Below are positions 39,370 to 48,793 of a stretch of 64,000 bases of DNA, in pieces. This stretch comes from an uncultured Calditrichaceae bacterium (lineage in GTDB: Bacteria; Calditrichota; Calditrichia; Calditrichales; J004). The DNA is taken from NCBI GenBank assembly GCA_964456445.1, contig CAYWBI010000002.1:29305-93304 (forward strand). Direction: 5' to 3'. The translations under genes were made by a program, and so were the position numbers. The notes beneath the pieces were generated by a model. It was given only the letters and a program-made list of their open reading frames with translations, was not told where the DNA came from and searched no databases. The stretch's first letter is position 1. Each line of letters begins with the position of its first letter.

Positions 39370-40158
39370 TTATTGCTCGTTTGAGTCCGCCAGCGTTGTA
39401 TGATCATCCCTATCCCTTTTCACTTTTTTTCTTCGCCTTTTGTAGGGGTAATGTGATGTGGTTTTAATCATGGCAGTATTGACTATGCCCCAAATAATAT
39501 AAACGACCATGAGCGGAAAAAGTAAGGCCTGCGGATAAATTATCACAACTAAACCCAATACAACCAAAACGGTTAAAATCAACTTTTGTTTTCCGCCGCT
39601 CCCTTTTACCGAAAAATTGGTGATGACCTCATATCGAACGTTACTAACCATCAATATGGATACCACAAAAACAAGGGCCAAAACAAAACGGGGCAAAACC
39701 AATCCATCAAAGAAATAGGCCATAAATAAGATGTAACTTGCAATGGCAATGGCCGCACCCGGTATGGGCAAACCATTAAAGTGGGTTTTGGTATAACCGG
39801 TCACCTGTACATTAAACCGGGCCAGGCGGATACTGCCGAAGAGTAAGGGGAAAAAGCTGATCAGCATGCCGACCATTGACCAGGAATGCAGAAAATATTC
39901 ATAGATGATCATTGAAGGCGCCACCCCAAAAGAGACAACATCGGCAAGTGAATCATATTCAACACCGAACTTGCTTGAAGAATTTGTGATTCGTGCCACC
40001 TTGCCATCAATAGCGTCAAGAAAACCGGCCAGCAAGATCATCCATGAAGCCAGAACAAAATCATTATTCTGTACGGCAAATATAATAGCCATAAACCCGC
40101 TGAGCATATTACCCACGGTAAAAAAATTGGGGACAATAGAGCGTGATAACCTAATCAC
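39370..40158 (-). CDS. pssA: CDP-diacylglycerol--serine O-phosphatidyltransferase
   Basis: CDP-alcohol phosphotransferase motif DAIDGKVAR...GVEYDSLADVVSFG. The track start at 40188 is TTG and overlaps psd by 31 nt. GTG at 40158 has AGGAG 7 nt upstream and overlaps the psd TAG by 1 nt (TAGTG). Confidence 0.88.
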   Translation of the reverse strand: MIRLSRSIVPNFFTVGNMLSGFMAIIFAVQNNDFVLASWMILLAGFLDAIDGKVARITNSSSKFGVEYDSLADVVSFGVAPSMIIYEYFLHSWSMVGMLISFFPLLFGSIRLARFNVQVTGYTKTHFNGLPIPGAAIAIASYILFMAYFFDGLVLPRFVLALVFVVSILMVSNVRYEVITNFSVKGSGGKQKLILTVLVVLGLVVIIYPQALLFPLMVVYIIWGIVNTAMIKTTSHYPYKRRRKKVKRDRDDHTTLADSNEQ

Positions 40159-40799
40159 TAAAACTCTCCTATGATAGTGCTGCCGCAACGCACAGCTTGT
40201 TTTAATTCAACCTTAACCTTGGCCGACAAGGGAAAGAACATATCAACCCTGGAGCCATAACGGATAAGACCGTAACGTTCTCCTGCAACGGCAGTATCCC
40301 CTTCCTTTACATTATAAATGATACGACGGGCAATAAGCCCGGCTATCTGTTTAAACAAGATTTTCCCTTTGCCGGTATCCACGCCAACAATGGACATTTC
40401 ATTTACAACCGAGGCCTCATCGGCAAATGCCGCGAGGAATTTTCCCTTTTTATAATCGACAAAATCCACTTTACCGGAAACAGGCATACGGTTTACATGT
40501 ACATCAAAAATCGACAGAAAAATCGATACCCGTCTCACATGTGTTTTAAAATAGGTCGTCTCAACAACCTCGTCAATTCTGATTACATGGCCGTCGGCCG
40601 GAGAGATGATTAATCCCTCGCCTGATGGTGTGTTCCGGTCGGGGTCACGAAAAAAGAAAAAGTGAAAAATCAAAACAATAAGTGAAATAACCGTCAATGC
40701 ATCCCACAGGATAAAATCGTAAAAATAACCAAGGACAGCGAAGAAGATTAAAATGACACTTGTTACAGCGATTACCGGCCAGCCTTCTTTGTTTATCAT
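40158..40799 (-). CDS. psd: Phosphatidylserine decarboxylase proenzyme (short form)
   Basis: 213 aa. N-terminal TM segments and the self-cleavage site region RYGLIRYGSRVD (G-S of the GST-type motif). Confidence 0.9.
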   Translation of the reverse strand: MINKEGWPVIAVTSVILIFFAVLGYFYDFILWDALTVISLIVLIFHFFFFRDPDRNTPSGEGLIISPADGHVIRIDEVVETTYFKTHVRRVSIFLSIFDVHVNRMPVSGKVDFVDYKKGKFLAAFADEASVVNEMSIVGVDTGKGKILFKQIAGLIARRIIYNVKEGDTAVAGERYGLIRYGSRVDMFFPLSAKVKVELKQAVRCGSTIIGEF

Positions 40800-40904
40800 T
40801 TTTCTCCAGAAATAATAGTTTTTATTTTTAATTAGAGCTTTAGTTTACCCATTTTCATCTAAGCTTCGGACCATTCACAAAACTGATGGTAAGATGTAAA
40901 AAAG

Positions 40905-42200
40905 TTAGAGCAACCCAACTTTTTTAAATATAACATCTACCTTTCCCAAACGTTTATGTAAATCACAAAGAGAATCAATCTCATCCATACCCAACTGATC
41001 TACAATGTCCTTGTCTTGTTTCAATACCTCGACGAAGCGTTCCCGGGTTTCCCACACGCGCATGGCATTTCGTTGCACCAGACGATAGGCCTTTTCACGG
41101 GACAAGCCTTTTTGAGTGAGCGCCAATAAAATTACTTGCGAGCTATACAGCCCGTTTGTTTTGTTTAGATTGGCGATCATGTTTTTTGGATACACCACAA
41201 GATTTTTTATAAGTTCGTTTGCTTTGACCAGCATGTAATAAAGCAACATTGTGCTATCCGGGATAATGATGCGTTCCACCGATGAATGAGAGATATCTCG
41301 TTCATGCCACAAGGCCATGTTTTCCATGGCAGCATGGGCATTGGAGCGTAACAAGCGCGCCATTCCGCTAAGACGTTCACAAATGATGGGGTTTTTTTTA
41401 TGAGGCATGGCCGATGAGCCTTTTTGCCCCTTCGAAAAACCCTCTTCCGCTTCGAGTACTTCGGTTCGCTGCAGATGCCGGATTTCGATGGCCATTTTCT
41501 CTATGGTTCCGCCGATCAATGCCAGGGTTGACATATAATGCGCATGACGGTCCCGTTGCAATATTTGCGTTGAAATATTGGCTGCCTTCAGTCCGAGTTT
41601 ATTGCAGACATAGGCCTCTACCGCCGGATCAAGATGATCATATGTACCTACGGCCCCGGAAATTTGCCCCACACACACGGAATCAATGGCTTGTTCTAAA
41701 CGTACCATTTGACGGCCAAGTTCATCGTACCACACCGCAAGCTTGAGACCGAAAGTGGTTGGCTCGGCATGAATGCCATGTGTACGCCCAATGGTGACCG
41801 TATCCTTGAATTCAAGCGCCCGTTTAGCCAGGATATCTTTTAAATTTTCAAGGACATCTTTTATTTTTTCCCCGGCGCGTACCATTTGGACCGCAAGCGC
41901 TGTATCCAGCACATCAGATGAGGTAAGCCCATAATGAATAAAGCGGGCGTCCGGCCCGACATATTCGGCCACATTGGTCAGAAAGGCAATCACGTCATGC
42001 TTTACTTCGGCCTCAATTTCCAAGATACGCCCTGTATCAAATGCGGCTTTTGATGTGATATTTTTTAATGCGGCATCACTGATCACATTCAATTTATTTT
42101 GAGCTTCACAGGCGGCAAGCTCAATATCCAACCAAATGGAGAAACGTTCTTCATTCGTCCATATCTTTTTTATTTCCGGGAGGGAATATCTATCAATCAC
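40905..42200 (-). CDS. purB: Adenylosuccinate lyase
   Basis: 431 aa. (M)IDRYSLPEIKKIWTNEERF N-terminus and the signature GSSAMPHKKNP. The start codon is GTG (42200..42198), overlapping the upstream TAG by 1 nt. Confidence 0.96.
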   Translation of the reverse strand: MIDRYSLPEIKKIWTNEERFSIWLDIELAACEAQNKLNVISDAALKNITSKAAFDTGRILEIEAEVKHDVIAFLTNVAEYVGPDARFIHYGLTSSDVLDTALAVQMVRAGEKIKDVLENLKDILAKRALEFKDTVTIGRTHGIHAEPTTFGLKLAVWYDELGRQMVRLEQAIDSVCVGQISGAVGTYDHLDPAVEAYVCNKLGLKAANISTQILQRDRHAHYMSTLALIGGTIEKMAIEIRHLQRTEVLEAEEGFSKGQKGSSAMPHKKNPIICERLSGMARLLRSNAHAAMENMALWHERDISHSSVERIIIPDSTMLLYYMLVKANELIKNLVVYPKNMIANLNKTNGLYSSQVILLALTQKGLSREKAYRLVQRNAMRVWETRERFVEVLKQDKDIVDQLGMDEIDSLCDLHKRLGKVDVIFKKVGLL

Positions 42201-43387
42201 TATGTTTTTCTCTTTTCCAGTATCAGGGTCAAATCCTTAAATTTACCTTCTCGCCAAACTTTAACCGGCAGCCGGTCGCCCACTTTCAAATACTCCGACC
42301 CCATGGCTTTATCAACGCTATCGTCATCCACAACGGGTTGATGATTGATTTCCAATAATATATCGCCCAAATGTAAACCCGCCTTTTCGGCCGGGCTGTT
42401 TTTAATGATCCGCGCAATGTAGATGCCCTGAGTTTTATTATAGGACATCTGTCTGGCCAGATACTTGTTCAACGGCATATAAGACAAACCAATCCAAAAG
42501 TCACGATCGATGGTATTGTTTTTTAGACCGGCAACAATTTTTTTTATCCGTGATATGGGGATGGCAAAACCAATCCCAACCGAGCCGGATGAGCTATTGT
42601 CCCCGGTAAAAATAAAGGTGTTCATACCAATGACCTCACCGGCGGCATTGCATAGAGGGCCACCACTGTTTCCCTTATTGATGGCCGCATCGGTTTGGAT
42701 CATGTCCTGATAAATCCTTCCACCTTCAACCCGGCCAAAATCCCGGTTAACAGCACTGATTACACCTACTGTAACCGTAGGTTGGTTGCGGTTAAACAGC
42801 CCGAAAGGGTTACCAATGGCGATGGCCCATTCACCGATTATCAATCCATCGGAATTATCCAATGCCGCCGATGGAAAATCATGCACATCAATTTTTAACA
42901 ACGCGATATCAGAAATGGGATCACTGCCGATTAAACGTGCTTTATATTCTTTGCCATCCGGCGTGTTGACCGTGATGTCCACGCCATGACCGGCTACGTG
43001 ATCATTTGTTACGATATATCCATCAGAGGAAATAATAAATCCCGAACCAATGGATTGAATACGCTCCCGGTAGCGTCTGTCACGGTAAATTTCCGGGAAG
43101 AAACGCTGTATAAACGGATCGCCATAGTAAGGGCTACGCTGCACGTGTTCTTCTATCTTGGTTACATTAACAGACACCACGGCGGGGCTCACCTTTTTAA
43201 CCGCCCGGGTAATGCCATTTCTGCGCATGGAGCTGATGGATGTTACCGAGCTGTCCTGAATGGATGTGGCAACAACCGTCGCTTCCCTGGATATACCTTC
43301 CGGCAGCGGTTCAGAAGATGGGAACAAACGGTCCCTCAAAAAATAACCGGCGGCCAAAACTAAAACTATGATCAAAAAAGTTCGCAC
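42200..43387 (-). CDS. HtrA/DegS-like trypsin-family serine protease with one PDZ domain and an N-terminal membrane anchor
   Basis: 395 aa. TM start MRTFLIIVLVLAAGYFL, catalytic TNDHV...D...GNSGGPL, and a C-terminal PDZ (PAEKAGLHLGDILLEIN). Confidence 0.9.
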   Translation of the reverse strand: MRTFLIIVLVLAAGYFLRDRLFPSSEPLPEGISREATVVATSIQDSSVTSISSMRRNGITRAVKKVSPAVVSVNVTKIEEHVQRSPYYGDPFIQRFFPEIYRDRRYRERIQSIGSGFIISSDGYIVTNDHVAGHGVDITVNTPDGKEYKARLIGSDPISDIALLKIDVHDFPSAALDNSDGLIIGEWAIAIGNPFGLFNRNQPTVTVGVISAVNRDFGRVEGGRIYQDMIQTDAAINKGNSGGPLCNAAGEVIGMNTFIFTGDNSSSGSVGIGFAIPISRIKKIVAGLKNNTIDRDFWIGLSYMPLNKYLARQMSYNKTQGIYIARIIKNSPAEKAGLHLGDILLEINHQPVVDDDSVDKAMGSEYLKVGDRLPVKVWREGKFKDLTLILEKRKT

Positions 43388-43396
43388 GGGGCCCCT

Positions 43397-44050
43397 TTAC
43401 TTCTTGTCGCCATATACCTTGTTATAATCGGCTAAAAAGGAAGCAATACCTTTATCCGTCAAAGGATGCTTTAACATTTGTTCAATAACCTTAAAGGGAA
43501 TGGTGGCGATATCGGCGCCCATCATTGCAGCTTCGACCACATGCATCGGATGACGGATACTGGCAACCAAAATTTCTGTTTCTATGGCATAGTTGCCAAA
43601 AATCTGGGCAATCTGGGCAACCATGTCCATTCCACCGGTAGAAATATCATCCAGTCGGCCAACAAAGGGGCTTATAAAACTAGCGCCCGCTTTTGCGGCG
43701 AACAAGGCCTGTAAGGGCGAAAAGACCAAAGTAACATTGGTGCGGATACCTTCGGATGCAAAAACCTTTACCGCCTTTAAACCCTCCTTTGTCATCGGTA
43801 TTTTAACAACGATGTTATCATGTAACCTGGCAAGCTTACGGCCTTCGGACAACATCCCCTCGGTTTCCAAAGACAGCACCTCGGCATTTACAGGGCCATC
43901 GACGATATCACATATTTGTTTGTAAATATCGATAGGATCGCCTTTTTCCCTGGCAATTAAAGTTGGATTGGTTGTAACGCCATCAAGGACGCCGATACTG
44001 GCGGCTTCCTTTATCTGCTCAATATTGGCAGTATCAATAAAAAACTTCAT
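43397..44050 (-). CDS. tal: Transaldolase / fructose-6-phosphate aldolase (short TalC/Fsa type)
   Basis: 217 aa. [16 protein letters not shown]...GVTTNPTL, with the Schiff-base lysine context VVKIPMT. Confidence 0.93.
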   Translation of the reverse strand: MKFFIDTANIEQIKEAASIGVLDGVTTNPTLIAREKGDPIDIYKQICDIVDGPVNAEVLSLETEGMLSEGRKLARLHDNIVVKIPMTKEGLKAVKVFASEGIRTNVTLVFSPLQALFAAKAGASFISPFVGRLDDISTGGMDMVAQIAQIFGNYAIETEILVASIRHPMHVVEAAMMGADIATIPFKVIEQMLKHPLTDKGIASFLADYNKVYGDKK

Positions 44051-44066
44051 TATTTCTCCAAATTAT

Positions 44067-44792
44067 TTAATAAGTGACTTTTTCCAGGACCAACCCCTTG
44101 CCGGGAACGGTATATGGGATATTTGCCCTATTGCGTGAATTTATAATTTCATCTAATTGTTTAAGTGGCGTTTTACCCTGGCCAATCGCTAACATCGTAC
44201 CCACAAGCGCACGCACCATGCCATATAAAAAACGATCCGCCGCTACGGTGTAAATCAGTTGGTCGTTTTTAAGCTTCCAATGGCTTTTTCTTATTTTGCA
44301 TCTATAGGTTTTATTCCCGCTATGCGCCTTGCAAAACGATTTAAAGTCCTGACAGTGCTTTAAGCGGTCCGCAGCGGTCTGCATAAGGGTAATGTTCAAC
44401 GGATACAAGAAAGACCAGCTTATTGTTCGGTTCAAAGCCGTGGGCTTGCGGGAGACATAAAACTTGTATTCCCTTTCAATGGCGTCAAACCGGGCATGAA
44501 AACCCGGATCCGCCGTTTCGATTTTTTTTATAACAATATCTCTCTTTAAAATCCCATTTAGTGATTTTTGCAATTTAAAGAGATCATGTTCAGGGAAATC
44601 GCCATGTGCAATCTGATTACGCGCATGAACCCCGGCATCGGTCCTCCCGGAACCAATAATCTTAATATCCTTTTTAAAAACTACCCGCAGGGCTTTCTGT
44701 AGTTCTCCCTGAACCGTTGGGCCGTTTAATTGCTCTTGCCAGCCACAATAGGCGCTTCCATCATATTCAATGGTAAACTTTAATCTTGGCAT
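44067..44792 (-). CDS. truA: tRNA pseudouridine(38-40) synthase
   Basis: 241 aa. YDGSAYCGWQEQ, and the catalytic Asp in GSGRTDAGVHA. Confidence 0.93.
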   Translation of the reverse strand: MPRLKFTIEYDGSAYCGWQEQLNGPTVQGELQKALRVVFKKDIKIIGSGRTDAGVHARNQIAHGDFPEHDLFKLQKSLNGILKRDIVIKKIETADPGFHARFDAIEREYKFYVSRKPTALNRTISWSFLYPLNITLMQTAADRLKHCQDFKSFCKAHSGNKTYRCKIRKSHWKLKNDQLIYTVAADRFLYGMVRALVGTMLAIGQGKTPLKQLDEIINSRNRANIPYTVPGKGLVLEKVTY

Positions 44793-44868
44793 TGTTCTGA
44801 AATAAATGAATTAAGTAATATACCTGTTTGCGGATTTTGTTTCAAGAAAAGTAATCTCTGAAAAATAA

Positions 44869-44938
44869 AAAAGGCTTTTATCCGCTAATTTTAAGCAAAA
44901 TCAAAATTTCACCCCAAAAGAGCCAATAAAAGCCTTTT
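44869..44938. repeat. 13-bp perfect inverted repeat with a 44-nt spacer, between ccmF and truA
   Basis: AAAAGGCTTTTAT (44869..44881) and ATAAAAGCCTTTT (44926..44938) are exact reverse complements. On the minus strand the distal arm is followed by a T-run. It may be an atypical terminator for the ccm operon. Confidence 0.5.
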
Positions 44939-44955
44939 ATGCATATTCAGTGTTT

Positions 44956-47178
44956 TTACAACTTTTGATTATGTGTACGATTATAAATGGTAATCAAAAA
45001 ACCGATGATCATCAAAATGGTACCAATCCATAAAAGATTGATAAACGGTTTGATGGATATCTCCGCTGCCAGCATTTCTGGATTGTCAGTTTTCTGCTTA
45101 TTGTTGGGATCGGGAGAAAGCCGTAATTTTAATAGTTGATTTTCAACCGAAACTCCTTCAATAGCCAGCGTCCGTACAGACCCCGGAATAGCCGCATCGA
45201 GATAAGATGTTTTCTTATTGACGATTTTTAACCCCGGTTTAATCTGACCAAGCAATTTGCCATCTTTGTCTTTAACATCGATCAAAGCAAAAATCGTCAT
45301 ATCAGATGAATTCATCTCATGGGTGTTCATTTTATAGCCGGTAAAGGTGAAAGTCAAGCCATCCTTTTCAACCGTTTCATGCTTTTTAATATTGATTGTT
45401 TCACCCTGGGAAGTATTCATATCCTTCATAATTTGTATCGGTGAAATATATAAATCCTGTGCAAAATGGTTTACGACCGATGGTGCCACCATATACGCGC
45501 GGCTATATTCACTCCAATAAAATTTTGCAAAGGTTACCTGATTATCATTGATCAGAAGTTTTACGCGGTCCTTGCCATTCTTTGCAGGGATTTTCCCTTG
45601 ATATTGTATGTTATAACCAAACACATTTACATTTTCACCAAGAGGCAATGTCAGTTTATGGGATTGATTATAAACCGAAGATGTAATGATTCCCATAAGC
45701 ATCAAGCCGATACCTACATGCGCGAGAAATCCGCCGAAGGCATAAGTTTTTTTTCGGATCATTGAATAGACAATTTCACCATTCACCAATAAAACAAGCG
45801 TTGCGGCAAACATAACAGCGAGAGGCAAAAAGTCTTTTACCCCCGCGAAGAAATATGCAATAGCGGCAAGTATGCTTAAAAACAGATGGATAAGGATACT
45901 TTTTAGTTTTTGCGCATTGCTTCTTTTCCAGCTTAAAACCGGCGCCATTGCAATTAAAAAGCCTAACAAAATTGCCAGCGGCGTCCCGATTTCATTATAT
46001 GCGTCCGGATCGATATTGGCCGCTTTGTCCGCAAATATACCGGAGAGAATAGGCCAGGATGTACCGATCAGGGTGAAAACGGCAAGAAGAATAAGAAGCA
46101 TCATGCCAAAGGACATAAACAGTTCACGGGTATAAAACCCCGTACTTAGCTTTTCGCCTTTAAACTCCTTCATACGATACAAATATGTTATGAAACCAAT
46201 TCCAAGAAACAGAAAGACAAAAGCCAGCAAATACGCAGATATTTCGGACTCGGAAAATGAATGAACCGAAAAATCCGTCAAAACGCCACTTCGGGTCAGA
46301 AAAGTGCCGTATAACACCAGGACAAAAGTAGAAATAGCCAAAAATATATTTAAACGTTTCATACCGTTCTGCCTGCGCTGGATGACCAGGCCATGGATAA
46401 GCGCCAAACTAATGAGCCAGGGAACGAGTGAACTGTTCTCGACCGGATCCCAACCCCAGAAACCGCCCCAGCCCAGGGTTGTATATGCCCAATAACCACC
46501 CAGGATCAATCCTGTTCCAAGACTTAAGCCCACAAAAAGCGCAAAGGGATAAACACTGCGGATCCAGGTATCATAATTCCTGCGTACAAGGGCCGCCATG
46601 GCAAAGGAAAACAATATCATTGTTGAAGAATAACCCGCAAATAAAATTGGCGGATGAATCACCATCCAGGGGTCCTGTAGCAATGGATTTAAACCATTGC
46701 CGTCCGGCGGTATAAACCCTTGCGGAAATCCCGCGGGATTTACCTGCCAAACATAGGAAAATGGGTTTTGCTTGATTAAAATCAACACAATAAAAGCCAT
46801 CACCAGCGCCATAAAGCTCATGACCAGAGCTTCATCTTCCTTGCGATGTCTTAAGATAATCAAGCCATAAATAGAACCATAGACAAGCCATAGCGTAAAG
46901 GTGCCTTCCTGCCCGGCCCAAAAAGTAGAGACTAAATAGTAAAGTGAAAGACTATTGGATGAATATGAAAAAACATATATCCATTCATAATGATGGGTTA
47001 GGATGCCATACATCAATAATACAGCCTGGGCGCCGATAAGGATCACCGACGCGTAAAACCCCCCTCGGGCAATTTTTAACATACTGTCTTCTTTTCGCAG
47101 ATAATAAAGATAGTATGCCGTTATAGTGACAATCAGGGCGACAAAAGTGAATGCGGTAAGCGCGATTCCAAAGATCAT
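44956..47178 (-). CDS. ccmF: Cytochrome c-type biogenesis protein CcmF (heme lyase/heme handling)
   Basis: Trp-rich motif WGGFWGWDPVENSSLVPW and many TM segments. The track start at 47214 overlaps ccmE by 40 nt. The ATG at 47178 (MIFGIALT...) forms an ATGA overlap with the ccmE stop. Confidence 0.92.
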   Translation of the reverse strand: MIFGIALTAFTFVALIVTITAYYLYYLRKEDSMLKIARGGFYASVILIGAQAVLLMYGILTHHYEWIYVFSYSSNSLSLYYLVSTFWAGQEGTFTLWLVYGSIYGLIILRHRKEDEALVMSFMALVMAFIVLILIKQNPFSYVWQVNPAGFPQGFIPPDGNGLNPLLQDPWMVIHPPILFAGYSSTMILFSFAMAALVRRNYDTWIRSVYPFALFVGLSLGTGLILGGYWAYTTLGWGGFWGWDPVENSSLVPWLISLALIHGLVIQRRQNGMKRLNIFLAISTFVLVLYGTFLTRSGVLTDFSVHSFSESEISAYLLAFVFLFLGIGFITYLYRMKEFKGEKLSTGFYTRELFMSFGMMLLILLAVFTLIGTSWPILSGIFADKAANIDPDAYNEIGTPLAILLGFLIAMAPVLSWKRSNAQKLKSILIHLFLSILAAIAYFFAGVKDFLPLAVMFAATLVLLVNGEIVYSMIRKKTYAFGGFLAHVGIGLMLMGIITSSVYNQSHKLTLPLGENVNVFGYNIQYQGKIPAKNGKDRVKLLINDNQVTFAKFYWSEYSRAYMVAPSVVNHFAQDLYISPIQIMKDMNTSQGETINIKKHETVEKDGLTFTFTGYKMNTHEMNSSDMTIFALIDVKDKDGKLLGQIKPGLKIVNKKTSYLDAAIPGSVRTLAIEGVSVENQLLKLRLSPDPNNKQKTDNPEMLAAEISIKPFINLLWIGTILMIIGFLITIYNRTHNQKL

Positions 47179-47546
47179 GCCTTTGCCTCCATCGCCTGGT
47201 ATTTGGACGGGCATTTCACAAGAATATTTTTTGCATGAAAAGTACCGTCCTTATATTTGCCGATGCAAACGATTTCCTTTGCCTGATCGAAATTCCCCGG
47301 CTTCGCGCCGTCATAAACAACATTTATCTTTTTGCCCTTTTCATCTTCAAGGGTAAATTTGAAGACATTTGCTTCTACATCAAAATTACCGCTTGTACCA
47401 CGGATACCTTTAACCTGAACGGTTGCCCCGCTCGCTATGGCCTCGTCAATCGAAACATAAGGGGTAATGGATGATTTAAACGAGTTAAACCCGTATATAC
47501 CAAACGCAATAATGACGATCGCCCCAATAATATATTTAATTTTCAT
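47175..47546 (-). CDS. ccmE: Cytochrome c maturation heme chaperone CcmE, variant with Cys (CPSKY) in place of the heme-binding His
   Basis: 123 aa. N-terminal anchor plus an OB-fold-like body. The C-terminal ...FHAKNILVKCPSKYQAMEAKA aligns with E. coli ...VLAKHDENY. Codons for C112-P-S-K-Y116 lie at 47213..47199. Confidence 0.9.
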   Translation of the reverse strand: MKIKYIIGAIVIIAFGIYGFNSFKSSITPYVSIDEAIASGATVQVKGIRGTSGNFDVEANVFKFTLEDEKGKKINVVYDGAKPGNFDQAKEIVCIGKYKDGTFHAKNILVKCPSKYQAMEAKA

Positions 47547-47691
47547 TTTTCAACCCACTTTCTTTAATAGACTCAAAATTGTCTAATTTACGTTTTAGGT
47601 GGTTTATTTGGGTATTAAGCGAAAACAGGTAGCTAAATATTCCCAGCCAGACAATTAAATTAATTAATACCACTATATAAATATCAGGCAT
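47536..47691 (-). CDS. ccmD: CcmD-family small membrane protein (51 aa), below the ORF-track size cutoff
   Basis: My translation reads MPDIYIVVLINLIVWLGIFSYLFSLNTQINHLKRKLDNFESIKESGLKNEN. It has one TM helix followed by a basic/charged tail, as in CcmD proteins. The ATG (47691..47689) overlaps the ccmC 3' end by 8 nt, and the stop (47538..47536) overlaps the ccmE 5' end by 11 nt. Confidence 0.65.
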   Translation of the reverse strand: MPDIYIVVLINLIVWLGIFSYLFSLNTQINHLKRKLDNFESIKESGLKNEN

Positions 47692-48367
47692 TGTGTTCCC
47701 CCAGTAATTCAAGTTTATTTTTAATGTGAATCAGATTTTTCTTCATGGACAGCATCCAGAAGAAAATAATGGTAAAGGTGGTAAGCGATGTTAAAAACAC
47801 AAGCAACATTTTTCCATCCATGTGCATTTTGGCATCACTGTTTATGATCGGGTCCGGATGAAGCGATTCATAAATACGCGGTACGATAAAAATAAAGAAT
47901 GGCACCGTGATAAAGGCAAGTATATCATAAACCGCGGAAAGACGGGCCCTTGTTTCATCCTGATCTACCGCAGAACGAAGCGAGAAATAAGCGCCATATA
48001 TCAGCAATAAAATAAAGATGGACGTCTCCCGGGGGTCCCAGTTCCAATACGCGCCCCAACTTGCTTTTGCCCACATGGCCCCGGTAATTGTGGTTATAAT
48101 GCAAAATGCAATTCCTAATTGGTTAGCAGCCTCTGCATAAGAATCATATATCAGTTTACGGTCTTTTAAATAACGCACACTATAATAAGCCCCAACTAAA
48201 AACGCGACCACTGTAACCCAGGCCGATGGTACATGGAAATATAATACCCGTGTAAATTCTTTTAAGCCTTTGGCCAGGGGTGCATAAAAATAAGCGCCAA
48301 TAATGACCAATGTTAAAGAAACAAAGATGGCAAATTGCCAAATAAGGTTAAGGGTTTTCTTGTTCAT
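47684..48367 (-). CDS. ccmC: Heme exporter protein CcmC
   Basis: 227 aa. WWD motif WGAYWNWDPRETS, with flanking conserved His residues (FHVPSAW, ..MHMDG). Confidence 0.93.
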   Translation of the reverse strand: MNKKTLNLIWQFAIFVSLTLVIIGAYFYAPLAKGLKEFTRVLYFHVPSAWVTVVAFLVGAYYSVRYLKDRKLIYDSYAEAANQLGIAFCIITTITGAMWAKASWGAYWNWDPRETSIFILLLIYGAYFSLRSAVDQDETRARLSAVYDILAFITVPFFIFIVPRIYESLHPDPIINSDAKMHMDGKMLLVFLTSLTTFTIIFFWMLSMKKNLIHIKNKLELLGEHNA

Positions 48368-48793
48368 TTATTATCCAATATTTAGTATTAAATTAATGTC
48401 GTAATTTACAGCTATAAATCAATTTGACCAAATCTTTAGATTAACAAAGTTATCTAATGTTCAAAACATTCAAATACTTAAACCAATTCGCCATGCAATA
48501 AACAAAGCGGACCCGAATGTTCTAAAATAGAGATACAAACCTGCAAGACTGCTGAAGAAATATATTAGAAATATATCCATTCATTTCCCGTTCCAGGCTA
48601 TCGCTTCCTGATCAATAATATAAAATTTCCCGCCGGTTTTATTATCCTAATCCAACTTTCCCACTTCAAATAACTGAAAGATGAATATTAATTTGATTTC
48701 GTTTTATGAACATGAAGTACCGGTTTTTGATTGAATAAGAAATCCGATATCGTTGTCTCCGGATTGTTCCAGCTAAAAGATATGAGCTATTAC

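Noticed and set aside
48470-48580. A 36-codon hydrophobic ORF in the ccmB-ccmC gap, considered as an extra small Ccm subunit.
   Set aside because: It has only a weak GGGA upstream, and a proper CcmD candidate already exists between ccmC and ccmE. AT-rich DNA readily yields Phe/Leu/Ile-rich ORFs. It is reported only inside the gap finding.
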